Shown here piece by piece: positions 42,934-52,060 of a DNA stretch of 56,941 bases. The stretch is taken from assembly GCA_045596925.1 (NCBI GenBank), contig JAZODH010000004.1, forward strand, positions 1 through 56,941. Direction: 5' to 3'. The DNA comes from Eubacteriales bacterium. Its GTDB lineage: Bacteria; Bacillota; Clostridia; Oscillospirales; CAG-272. A program made the translations under genes and the position numbers. The notes below the pieces were generated by a model. The model did no database searches and was not told where the DNA came from. It saw nothing but the letters and a program-made list of their open reading frames with translations. How positions within the stretch are numbered: position 1 is the stretch's first letter; each line of letters begins with the position of its first letter.

Positions 42934-45900
42934 TCAATTTTCTTTTACAAGTTCAAGATATCTGATCGAGAAATATTCCATCTGTCCCGCAGCAGAGCCT
43001 GCGACCTTTACAGTAACCAGCTCCGCATTTTGAAGCATTTCGGGAGTAACGTTGATAGTTATCTCATAATCCTCCCAAGCTGTTCCCACGTTTTCCGTCG
43101 TATAGAACGTCTTGGTGCTTACGGCGTCATCCATGGTCCAACCGGACTTGATAGCACAGTTGTTAGAGCCTCTCATCTGGAATGCGAAGGTATACGTGCC
43201 TGAGCCGTACATTCTGATCTCTTCGGTTATCTTTATGGAAAGACCGCCGTTTACGTCTTCGTCGTGTGCATAGCAGGTGTAGATATAATCACCGTCGTTA
43301 TCCTCGGTTACCATGTCAACGGTCCATGCTGTCTGCTCAGCGATCTGGCTGACCTGGCTTTCGTCGGGCAGAAGCAAATTACCCTTGGGAGCCTTGAGCG
43401 TTACATAAAGGCTTCCGTTGGTCACCTTGGCAGATGCAACGGTATCAAGTGCGGTCAGATCGCCGGACTTGATATACTTGACTCCGTTCTTCTCTGTTGT
43501 AGGTGCCTCGTTCTTTGCACGAGCCGCTTTAATGAACTCGTCTGCGGGAACGAGGATGTCACTGCCTTCAGCGATAACGTCGGCTGCAAACATCACCTGG
43601 TATTCACCCAGGAATACCTTACCGGGAGCACTGTAATTGGCTCTGTTTACGTCGCGGGATATGGGAGTAAACGTACCGTCGTTGTCAAAGTTGATGTCAT
43701 TTTTCCATTCGTTTACGACCAAAACCTGATCCTCGCGTGTAATAGCCTCTCCGTCAACGTAGAGGTTGATGAAATTAAGAGTATAGTTTTCGGTATACAT
43801 CTCAACGGGGTTTTCCATGTGAACGATTCTGTTGACGTTGTTTCTACTCTTTGAGGTGTGCAAGCTCGACGTTCCGGTGATCTCGGGGAGGTTGACGTTT
43901 ATAAACGTGAACGTCTTATCGTCGATCGTACCCATGTTACGTCCGCCGAAGAAGCGGGTGCACGCCAAAGTGTCGATACAGTCGACGTTACGCATGGTAA
44001 CGGAAGACGTTACTTCCTTGGTGTATGGGCTGTTGTACCAGTTATTTACGATGCCGTCGTCGGCACGGAAAACGTAGAGACCGTCGATCTCGATATTGTT
44101 GGTGTTACCCTGGGGAAATACCGCCGCACAGGTAGTACCGATAGTAATGTCCTTATACTTCTGATCCTTTGTCCAGCTGATAACAAGACCGTTATCTCCG
44201 CAGTAGATCCAGCAATGCTCGTAGGTGGAGTTGGATCCGCCTGCAGTGATACCGTCGGTGGTCATCATAGAGGACATTGCCTTATAGTTTCTTACCGTTA
44301 CACCTGTAGAACCGGTTGTAAGGTTAAAGCAACGGGCATCCATGAGAATGGGGCCGTCAAATACAGTTCCCTCAGCGCTGAGCATACAAAGCTTCCATCC
44401 GGTTCCCTCAGTACCGCCGTTGCGGATATCAAGCTTGTAGATATCAGAGAATGCGTCAAGAATAACACCGCGACCCAGGACCTTTGAATAGCTTGCCGAG
44501 CTTGCGATATTAACTCTTGCGTTGACTACTGCACCGGGAGCTATGTAAAGCACGGAGTTAGGCTCCTTAATTTCCAGAAGTCCGTTTTCAACGTCCATCC
44601 AACCTTCAACGTAGGTCACGTTCTTGTCGCCCTTGACGGGAACGTCAAGAGGATATTCGGGAAGGTCGGCGAATACGGAAATGATCGTGTTATTATCGTC
44701 ATCGATACGAACGCCGAAATAATCCGGCTCATCAAGGTATACGGAGATGATGCCGTCGTGGAATTCGCTCTCAAACTGCTTTGCGGAGGGGAATACGGTG
44801 TAAGTACCAAAGTCAAAGCCGACCTTGATATCAACTCTTACCGGCTTGCCTGAGAAAGCAAACTGTGAGAAGCGTCTGTAATAGTCGCCGCCGATACCGC
44901 GTCCCGAAGAATCGTATTCCATGGTATGGCTGTAAACGGGGATATTGTGAGTCTGATCGCCCTGGATTACGCTTACCTTATAGTCGTAATTGCGGTTGAT
45001 CTGAGCAGGAAGCTCCTTGTAGATAACAAGCTGTTCCTTTTTGTAAAACTCGTCTTTTGTCTCGAACTTCTCGCGCTTGTTTTCACCGTCAGTAAATTTC
45101 AAGGCGCCCTCGGTGGTGCTGACAAGGTCTGCAAGATAGTTGTAAGCGGCCTTCTGAGCATAATCGTCTGCCGCAACGATGTAAAGAATACCGTCCTTTA
45201 CGTTAAGGGACCATTCGCCGTCACCGAGGCCGTACGCCTTGGTATCACCCGAGAAGATGATGTTTGCCTTTTTGTCATCTTTAGTCGTATCCGACTTGAT
45301 ACCGGTCTTATCGGCAAGTATCTCTGCAAGATTCACGCCGTAATTCTGGTTATCGATCTCGGACTTGATGTAAACTTCCGTGAACGCCTTGCCTGCAACT
45401 TCAAGCTTGGTAACACCATAAGAAGCGCCGCCGAGATAGGAATATCCCTCTCCGCAGAGATAACCCTTGTCGGACATGCAATTTTCAATGAAATAATTTA
45501 CGCCTTCAGCAATAGCATCATCGCTGCCGCCGAGAATAGCGATCTTGTTGCCCTCTCTTACGATCTTGAATTGACCGAGAAGAAGGGTGTTATCGGAAAG
45601 TCTCTTGGTATTTCCGACAAGGATCTCCTTATCGGTGGCACCGTCAAAGTCTGTTCCAAGCTTTGGAGCAGTGCCCGTAAGTTCTTTTACCTTGTCGCGG
45701 AGTGCTGTCGCCGCGCTCTTTACATCCTTGCCCGCCTTGTCGGCACGAACGATCTTATAATCGGCAAAAGGAAGCGCGGAAGCAGGATCCAGGATAACCA
45801 CGTTATTAGTTTCCACGGGATCTTTTGTCTCCGTTCCGTCGCCGTTATCCTTCTTATCGGGAGCACAACTGCCAAGGGCAAGCACAATACCCAGAACAAG

Positions 45901-45936
45901 AAGAACTGTCAACAGTCTGAAAAAATTCTTATTCAT
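42934..45936 (-). CDS. Paralog P3 (1000 aa): same architecture as P2
   Basis: Lipobox LGSC and the blocks MMTTDGITAGG, YCGDNGLVIS, ITIGTTCAAVFPQ. Confidence 0.85.
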   Translation of the reverse strand: MNKNFFRLLTVLLVLGIVLALGSCAPDKKDNGDGTETKDPVETNNVVILDPASALPFADYKIVRADKAGKDVKSAATALRDKVKELTGTAPKLGTDFDGATDKEILVGNTKRLSDNTLLLGQFKIVREGNKIAILGGSDDAIAEGVNYFIENCMSDKGYLCGEGYSYLGGASYGVTKLEVAGKAFTEVYIKSEIDNQNYGVNLAEILADKTGIKSDTTKDDKKANIIFSGDTKAYGLGDGEWSLNVKDGILYIVAADDYAQKAAYNYLADLVSTTEGALKFTDGENKREKFETKDEFYKKEQLVIYKELPAQINRNYDYKVSVIQGDQTHNIPVYSHTMEYDSSGRGIGGDYYRRFSQFAFSGKPVRVDIKVGFDFGTYTVFPSAKQFESEFHDGIISVYLDEPDYFGVRIDDDNNTIISVFADLPEYPLDVPVKGDKNVTYVEGWMDVENGLLEIKEPNSVLYIAPGAVVNARVNIASSASYSKVLGRGVILDAFSDIYKLDIRNGGTEGTGWKLCMLSAEGTVFDGPILMDARCFNLTTGSTGVTVRNYKAMSSMMTTDGITAGGSNSTYEHCWIYCGDNGLVISWTKDQKYKDITIGTTCAAVFPQGNTNNIEIDGLYVFRADDGIVNNWYNSPYTKEVTSSVTMRNVDCIDTLACTRFFGGRNMGTIDDKTFTFINVNLPEITGTSSLHTSKSRNNVNRIVHMENPVEMYTENYTLNFINLYVDGEAITREDQVLVVNEWKNDINFDNDGTFTPISRDVNRANYSAPGKVFLGEYQVMFAADVIAEGSDILVPADEFIKAARAKNEAPTTEKNGVKYIKSGDLTALDTVASAKVTNGSLYVTLKAPKGNLLLPDESQVSQIAEQTAWTVDMVTEDNDGDYIYTCYAHDEDVNGGLSIKITEEIRMYGSGTYTFAFQMRGSNNCAIKSGWTMDDAVSTKTFYTTENVGTAWEDYEITINVTPEMLQNAELVTVKVAGSAAGQMEYFSIRYLELVKEN

Positions 45937-45984
45937 TTTTTGTCCCTCTTTCGGTTGAATTTGAATGCTTCCACATTCCTCAAA

Positions 45985-46013
45985 ATTATACCATATTTGC
46001 TGAATTTAGTCAA
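45985..46013 (-). promoter_or_regulatory. Promoter for P3 (TTGACT-17-TGgTATAAT)
   Basis: -35 at 46013-46008 and -10 at 45990-45985 on the minus strand. RBS GAGGG lies 7 nt before the ATG. Confidence 0.65.
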
Positions 46014-46044
46014 CACAAAAAGCTCCGAAAAAGCGTTTTGAAGA

Positions 46045-46082
46045 AAAATGCACAAAAGTCCCGAGGGACTTTTGTGCATTTT
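46045..46082 (-). terminator. Intrinsic terminator after P4 (bidirectional)
   Basis: AAAATGCACAAAAGTCC-CGAG-GGACTTTTGTGCATTTT. Confidence 0.7.
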
Positions 46083-46096
46083 ATTTTTACAAACAA

Positions 46097-47918
46097 TTAA
46101 GAAATTTTTACAAGTGAGAAATCCTTTATTGCAAAGTAATCTAGAGGAGCTTTGATCGTTCCCTGAATAGATATAAAATAAGACTGGCACATAACAATAT
46201 CGGCTGTTATATCAAGCTTTACCTTGTACGTCATCCACTCGTCGTCGACGTTAAATTCCTTGTTGGTTCTGGTGGACTGCATGGTAGTGTCGTGCATGAT
46301 GAGCATATTGACAGTTCCCTCGCCCGAGCCTTTTATCTTAAAGGAAAACTCGTAGGTTCCCTGACCGTAGGTCTTTATTTCGTTGTGAATAAATCTGGAG
46401 ATACCGCCCGTGTTGCGGTCTCTGTAATTGTGCATATAATAAACCGGATTTCCGTCCTCCGTTTCCACGACCATATCAACCTGATAGCAGTTGATCTCGG
46501 AATAACGGCTGACCTCGCCCTCTTCGGGGAACAGAAGATTCTGTCCCTTCTGGATCGGTATCAGATAGATGCCCGTCTGCGTTTCGTTAAAGTCTTCAAT
46601 GATGTTCGCCGTTTTCAGAGCCTCAAGGGTAACGTATGAAATATTATTCATTTTGACAGTAGTTGGCTTTACGGAGCTGAAAAGTGCGTGAAGGATCTCG
46701 TCGGCCGGCAGATATAATGTGTCCTCAACACGAATTATATCAGCATCAAAATGCACCTGATATCCGCCGATATACACCTTGTCCTGAGTATGATGATTTG
46801 CCTCGTAGCTCTTGCAAAGTCCTGCCTTGAACTTGCCGTCATTGGCAAACGTATACGTGTTCTTCCACTTGTCCTCCATGTAGATGTCGGCTCTTGCCTT
46901 TATTGCAGTGCCGTTTATATACAGATTGGTGAAGTTCAGGGTGTAATTTTCTGTAAACAGCTTGGTGTCACTGTTTTTCATCTGCACAAGACGGTTTATG
47001 TTGGGTTTCCAGGAATCGTGCGCATCGGAGGTTCCGCAGATAGACGGCAGGGATACGTTGATAAAGTTGTATACCTTATCGAGAGTTCCGATATTTTCTC
47101 CGCGGAAAAATTGAGGAAGGTTTACGCAGTCCTCGCAGTACAGGTTTTTGACCGTGATATCTGCCCTTCTCGCCTTTGTTCCGTCGCCGTTGTAGGTGTT
47201 GTTCAGAACGCCGTCGTTTGTTCGGAACACGTATATATCCTCAAGCAGAATACCCAGGTTATCATGCTGCGGGAAAAGTGCCGCACAGGTAGTTCCGATG
47301 GTGATATCGCGGAAGACCGTATCACTTGCACCGCTGATGACCAGCCCGTTATCGCCGACGTACATAAAGCAACGCTCCACCACATGATTTTTACCGCCGA
47401 TGGTAATACCGTCGGTATTCATCATGGAAGCCACCGCCTTATAGTTCCGAACAACCCCGTTATTTCCGCTCATTGTAATATTAAAGCATCGTGCGTCGAT
47501 ACACACAGGGCCGTCGTAGACCCAGTTGTCGCCCGCAAAGGATACCATCTTCGTTCCCGCGCCTTCGGTACCGCCTTGTCGTATATCCGTTTTATTCAGA
47601 TTTCCAAAAGGATCGATTATGGCGCCGCGACCGATAACTCTCGAATTTTTGAAATTACTGCCGTCAAATTTAATGCGTGCATTGACCACCGCACCGGGGG
47701 CGATATATACAGTAGTATCAGACTTTGTTATCTCCCATATTCCGTTTTCCGTCTCGTACCAATCCTCAATGTAATGCTCGCTTCACAGTGTCACTTTCCA
47801 CACCGTTTTCGGTCGCGTCCGGCATCTGCATGTCTTGGTCCTTGTCCGAGGCGCCCCCGCAGGATACTGCCGCCAGCAAAATTGCCAGAACGATCAACAT
47901 CAAAAGTATCTTTTTCAT
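46097..47918 (-). pseudogene. Paralog P4: N-terminally deleted, frameshifted copy (50-codon signal-peptide ORF 47918-47766 plus beta-helix/C-terminal ORF open from 47782 to 46097)
   Basis: MKKILLMLIVLAILLAAVSCGG... ends at a TGA (47768-47766). Homology to P1-P5 (HYIEDWYETENGIWEITKSDTTVYIAPGAVVNARIKF) resumes in the +1 frame, which opens at 47782. The first in-frame start is the GTG at 47689. Confidence 0.7.
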
Positions 47919-47948
47919 GGTTTTCTTCCTCCCTGTTTTTTTGGGATA

Positions 47949-47977
47949 ATTTTACCATTCATATCATTTTCTGTCAA
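47949..47977 (-). promoter_or_regulatory. Promoter for P4 (TTGACA-17-TGgTAAAAT)
   Basis: -35 at 47977-47972 and -10 at 47954-47949 on the minus strand. A strong RBS GGGAGGAAG precedes the ATG at 47918. Confidence 0.6.
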
Positions 47978-48007
47978 TGAAACAATAAAAATTTCTCTGT
48001 TTTCAAC

Positions 48008-48038
48008 AAAAAAACGGGAGGCGAACAACCGCCTCCCG
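48008..48038 (-). terminator. Intrinsic terminator after P5
   Basis: CGGGAGGCG-AACAAC-CGCCTCCCG followed by T7 on the minus strand. Confidence 0.75.
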
Positions 48039-48047
48039 AAGATTTTT

Positions 48048-51000
48048 TCATTCTGCTTTTACAAGCTTGATATCTCTGATCTCAAAATAGTCAAGAGAAG
48101 TGTCGCCGTCCATTCTGACGTAGAACGTAACGCTGTCTGCCTGAACCTCAGCATCCGTTACAAAAATGTCGATCTCGATCTCGTTCCAACGAGTGTCTAT
48201 CACAACGTCGGACAGCTTTGTCTTGAGAGCTGTGTCAGCATCATCGCTGGAATAACCAAATTTAAGGATGCTCGAAACACAGCCTCTTACCTCGAAGCTG
48301 ACCGTATACTTTCCTTCACCGTACATCTTGACTTCGTTTGTTATCTTACGGGAAATTCCGCCCTTGTACTGTTGCTTGAAGGACTTGAGCGTATAAATTA
48401 TTTCGCCGTCATCATCTGTTGCGAGAAGGTCGACGTTAAAGCAGGTCTCCTCGGAGAAATAGCTGATCTCGCCTTCGTCGGGAAGAAGCAGGTTTTCACC
48501 GTTGTATACGGGAGTGATATAAAGATCGTTATCCTTTGTTTCAACCGAAACAGCCGCGCCCGCAGACACGAGATCGGAAGCCTTTACGTATTTTGCGCCG
48601 TTCTTGTCAGAGGTGGTCAGATTCGCATCGGTGCGCAGGTACTCTGCGATCTCGTCGGCGGAAAGATAGAAATCATTGCCCTCAACGATAGTATCGTTCT
48701 TAAAGGAAAGAAGTCTCTGTCCTATATATACGTTGCCCTTGAAATCATAATTGACCTCGTGACGGTTTACGGGAGCAGGGGTATAGGTACCGTCGTTATC
48801 AAGGGTGATGACGTTCTCCTCGCCCTGGTCTATCACGGTAACGTCGTCCAGGTCCTCAACCTCTCTGCCTGCAATATAGATGTTTTTAAGAGTGACCTTA
48901 TAGTTATCAGCATATGCGTTTCCACTACTGTTGCTAAGGCTCACAAGCTTGTTTGTTACGTCTTGGCCGGCTATATTATGTCCGTCCTTTACACCAAGGA
49001 AATACGGCAGTGAGATATTCTCAAAGGTGAAGATCTTTTCTTCGGTGCCCAGCTTATTGCTGCTGAAGAAGTGCTGCGTATATGTGCAGTCGATAGCATC
49101 AAGGTTCTTCACCGTAAGCTCGTGAGTTGCCTTCGTTCCGCCGAGAGTGCAATTTATGATCGCCGCATCCGCACGGAATACGTAGATGTTCGTCAGAACA
49201 CCGTCGTTTGTATGTCCCTGGGGGAAAATAGCTGCGCAGGTGGTACCGATAGTGATATCGTTATAGTTTACAGAGCCCTTGCCGGGACCGTCGTTGGTAG
49301 AATAAACGATCGCGTTATCTCCGCAATAGACATAGCAGTGGTCAACGTCGTAGTTTTCTCCGTTGAACAGAGAAATACCGTCGGTGGTCATCATTGTAGA
49401 AAGGATCTTTGCGTTACGGACAGTGATATTATTACCGCAACCCGTAATATTGAAGGTACGGGCGTCAAGGATCACGGGACCGTCATAGAGATGGTCGTAA
49501 CCGTAAAGGTGGACCATTGTATGTCCGCCCTCGGAGCCGCCGTAGGTAATATCGTACTCGTATATGTTCTCAAAGGGGTCAACGATAGCACCAAGACCAA
49601 GCACCTTACAGTTTTTAGCTCCGAATGCAAAGTCAATTCTTGCATTAAGAACGGATCCGGGAGCTATGTAAATGATCTGATCCTTTGTCTTACCGTTAAA
49701 TTCCAGAACTCCCTTGTCTACTTCATACCATCCCTCGACCCAGAGAACGTTGGGATCTTCTTTTGAAGGAAGCTCACGATAAAACTCGGGATAGTCGGCA
49801 AGGATCGAGATGATGCTGTTGTCATCGTTGTCAAGTCTGACTGCAAAATAGTCGGGCTTGTCAAGGAATACGGAGATCACGCCATCCTTATACTCGGTCT
49901 TGAACTGCTTTGCGGAGGGCATGACAGTATAGGAGGAGAAATCGCGGCCAACCTTGATGTCAACTCTTACCTGCTTGCCCGAGAAGGCAAACTGTGAGAA
50001 ACGGCGGTACATATCGCCGCCTGCACCTCTGTCGCGCAGGTCGTATTCCATGGTATGGTTGTATACGGGGATCTGAGAGCTTTTGTTGCCCTGAGATACC
50101 GTTACCTTATAATCGTAATTACGTCTGAGCTGTTCGGGATATTCAGGGAAAATCACAAGCTGATCCCGGCTAAGGAATTCTTTCTTTGTCATAACCTTTG
50201 CGGTCTTGTCAGCAAAGGCAAAATCACCGGAAGCGTCTGCCATAAGAGACTGAATGTAAGCTACTGCGTCCTGCTTACCGTATTCGGTGGAGGCAACTAT
50301 ATAGAGCTTGCCGTCCTTTGTTTTAACCGCCCAATCGTCCTCGGTCAGGCCGTGGCTTTTTGCATCCGTGGTGAAAACAAGAATTGCCTTTTCGGCTGAA
50401 TCAACAAGCTCGCAGGGGATTCCTGCAGCGGTCTCAATAGAATCGAGAGCATTTCCAAGCAAGGACTTGCTCTCAAAAGCATCATACACGGGTAGACTTC
50501 CCTGCTTCTTGCCGCCGATTGTAATTGAGGACACTTTATAGTTGTCTCCCTTGGGAGAGGTATATACGTATCCGTCGGCACAGAGAACGCCCTTCTTGCA
50601 GGTAAGATTCTCAAGGAAATACGCAACGCCCTCAGAGATAGCCTTGTCGCTTCCGCCCAGAATAGCCAGCTTTCCGTCTTTGTACGAGATCTGGAACTGA
50701 GTTCTCAAAATTCCGGAAGAGGTCTTGCGGTTGGTGTTTCCTATAAGTATCTCTTTCGCGCTCTCGCTTTTTTTATCAGTATTTACGTTAGGGGCCTTTC
50801 CGCCAACGAGGATCATGAGCTTCTTTCTGAAGTCGCTGACAACGTCGAGCATATCCTGGTCGGCGTCCTTGCCGTGGATAATAACGAAGTCACCGAAAGG
50901 AACGGCGTCAGCCTCATCAACCAATGTCTGGTTATCGGGAGGCGTGGTTTCGGGCGAGTTGCCGTCATCCTTCTTTTCAGGCATTCCGCAGCCCGCTATG

Positions 51001-51056
51001 AGAAGAAGCAACGCCGAAAGTGCGACTAAAAGAGCTAAAATTCTTTTTATTCTCAT
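48048..51056 (-). CDS. Paralog P5 (1002 aa): same architecture as P2/P3
   Basis: Lipobox IAGC and the blocks MMTTDGISLFNG, YCGDNAIVYS, ITIGTTCAAIFPQ. Confidence 0.85.
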   Translation of the reverse strand: MRIKRILALLVALSALLLLIAGCGMPEKKDDGNSPETTPPDNQTLVDEADAVPFGDFVIIHGKDADQDMLDVVSDFRKKLMILVGGKAPNVNTDKKSESAKEILIGNTNRKTSSGILRTQFQISYKDGKLAILGGSDKAISEGVAYFLENLTCKKGVLCADGYVYTSPKGDNYKVSSITIGGKKQGSLPVYDAFESKSLLGNALDSIETAAGIPCELVDSAEKAILVFTTDAKSHGLTEDDWAVKTKDGKLYIVASTEYGKQDAVAYIQSLMADASGDFAFADKTAKVMTKKEFLSRDQLVIFPEYPEQLRRNYDYKVTVSQGNKSSQIPVYNHTMEYDLRDRGAGGDMYRRFSQFAFSGKQVRVDIKVGRDFSSYTVMPSAKQFKTEYKDGVISVFLDKPDYFAVRLDNDDNSIISILADYPEFYRELPSKEDPNVLWVEGWYEVDKGVLEFNGKTKDQIIYIAPGSVLNARIDFAFGAKNCKVLGLGAIVDPFENIYEYDITYGGSEGGHTMVHLYGYDHLYDGPVILDARTFNITGCGNNITVRNAKILSTMMTTDGISLFNGENYDVDHCYVYCGDNAIVYSTNDGPGKGSVNYNDITIGTTCAAIFPQGHTNDGVLTNIYVFRADAAIINCTLGGTKATHELTVKNLDAIDCTYTQHFFSSNKLGTEEKIFTFENISLPYFLGVKDGHNIAGQDVTNKLVSLSNSSGNAYADNYKVTLKNIYIAGREVEDLDDVTVIDQGEENVITLDNDGTYTPAPVNRHEVNYDFKGNVYIGQRLLSFKNDTIVEGNDFYLSADEIAEYLRTDANLTTSDKNGAKYVKASDLVSAGAAVSVETKDNDLYITPVYNGENLLLPDEGEISYFSEETCFNVDLLATDDDGEIIYTLKSFKQQYKGGISRKITNEVKMYGEGKYTVSFEVRGCVSSILKFGYSSDDADTALKTKLSDVVIDTRWNEIEIDIFVTDAEVQADSVTFYVRMDGDTSLDYFEIRDIKLVKAE

Positions 51057-51087
51057 GTTTCATTTCTCCTTGGTTCAGAATAAGTAT

Positions 51088-51117
51088 ATTTTACATTATT
51101 TTCTCCGACCTTGTCAA
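51088..51117 (-). promoter_or_regulatory. Promoter for P5 (TTGACA-18-TAAAAT)
   Basis: -35 at 51117-51112 and -10 at 51093-51088 on the minus strand. RBS AAGGAG lies 9 nt before the ATG. Confidence 0.55.
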
Positions 51118-51254
51118 GCCGGTGAGACATAATTTTACATTTATATTTTACATTCCCTTCCATGTTGTTTCAACCGATTATTCACGCTTGGAGGTTGAAT
51201 AATTACGCTTTTGACGCTTTGTAGGAAAAATTATAATAAATCCGGCGCTTTTTT

Positions 51255-51383
51255 GCCTCCTTTGTGTAAAGGGAGGTGGCATTTTCGTCAGAAAATGACG
51301 GAGGGATTGTGAAATTATATTTGTTTGCGACAAATCAATCCCCCAGTCACCTGCGGTGACAGCCCCCTTTACACAAAGGGGCC
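51255..51383. repeat. Nested palindromic REP/MITE-like element: two inverted copies of an about 55-nt unit, each carrying hairpins
   Basis: The left end GCCTCCTTTGTGTAAAGGGAGG and right end CCCCCTTTACACAAAGGGGCC share a 15-nt inverted core. Internal hairpins lie at 51286-51300, 51320-51334 and 51346-51360. GAGGGATTG (51301-51309) pairs imperfectly with CAATCCCCC (51337-51345). Confidence 0.6.
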
Positions 51384-51532
51384 TTACAATCAGCACTTTT
51401 AATTTTCACACCCCAATTTCCACCTCTCAAAGCTCCAAATCCACCTGTGGGCAAAAGCATATTTACAAATCGGAAAACACATGATAAAATCGCCGCAAGA
51501 TCATTTATCAGACAGATCTTGGGAGGTTTAAA

Positions 51533-51970
51533 ATGAAAAACAAGGTTATATTCAGCACATCGGGACTTTATCCCATAATAAACACAGTCATTACATTTTC
51601 TCTTTGGGCGGCGTGTGAAATCCTGCTCTTCTTTCTCTTTTCACCAAAATCTGTTTTCATTTGGCTTTTTACCGCCGCAGCACTGTTTCCGATATGGAAA
51701 ACGCTTTATATGAGAAGGTCGTACATAATTTTACAGGATGATTTCGTCTCAGGCATTTCAATTCCACAAAACTTCCTGTCCGCTCCAAAAAAATTCAGAT
51801 TTGCTTACGATGAAATATTATTTTGGGAAATACGCGGAAACACGGTCACGCTGTACCATGAGGGCGGATGCTGTACGGTTCAGACATGGAAAACCTCTCC
51901 GTGGGTGGCGCAGATCGTAAAGGACAAGGCAACCGTGCCTGATAATAAGCAAAAGACCACGAACACTTAA
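51533..51970 (+). CDS. Hypothetical small membrane protein (2 TM segments plus a PH-like soluble domain)
   Basis: 145 aa; GGGAGG lies 7 nt upstream of the ATG. No recognisable family. Confidence 0.5.
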   Translation: MKNKVIFSTSGLYPIINTVITFSLWAACEILLFFLFSPKSVFIWLFTAAALFPIWKTLYMRRSYIILQDDFVSGISIPQNFLSAPKKFRFAYDEILFWEIRGNTVTLYHEGGCCTVQTWKTSPWVAQIVKDKATVPDNKQKTTNT

Positions 51971-52060
51971 TGGAATATATTAAATTTGCACTTGACCTCG
52001 CGCGAATTTTGTTGTATAATATATGATGTATAATGTTATTCCCAAAAGGAGATTGTGCAA

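Noticed and set aside
51178-51396. 72-aa minus-strand ORF upstream of P5
   Set aside because: It coincides with the nested palindromic element and has no RBS. Its sequence is dictated by the hairpin repeats, so it is treated as a non-coding repeat.
37042-51530. The paralog array as a tRNA-Gln-integrated genomic island, a DGR target or a phase-variable (invertible-promoter) locus
   Set aside because: By eye I found no integrase, transposase or reverse transcriptase in or next to the array, and no direct repeat of the tRNA-Gln 3' end near 51.1-51.5 kb. No inverted repeats bracket any of the paralog promoters. The only recombinase in the window (15.9 kb) is Xer-like and more than 20 kb away. 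Codon bias resembles the rest of the window. A whole-genome comparison would still be needed to exclude an old insertion.
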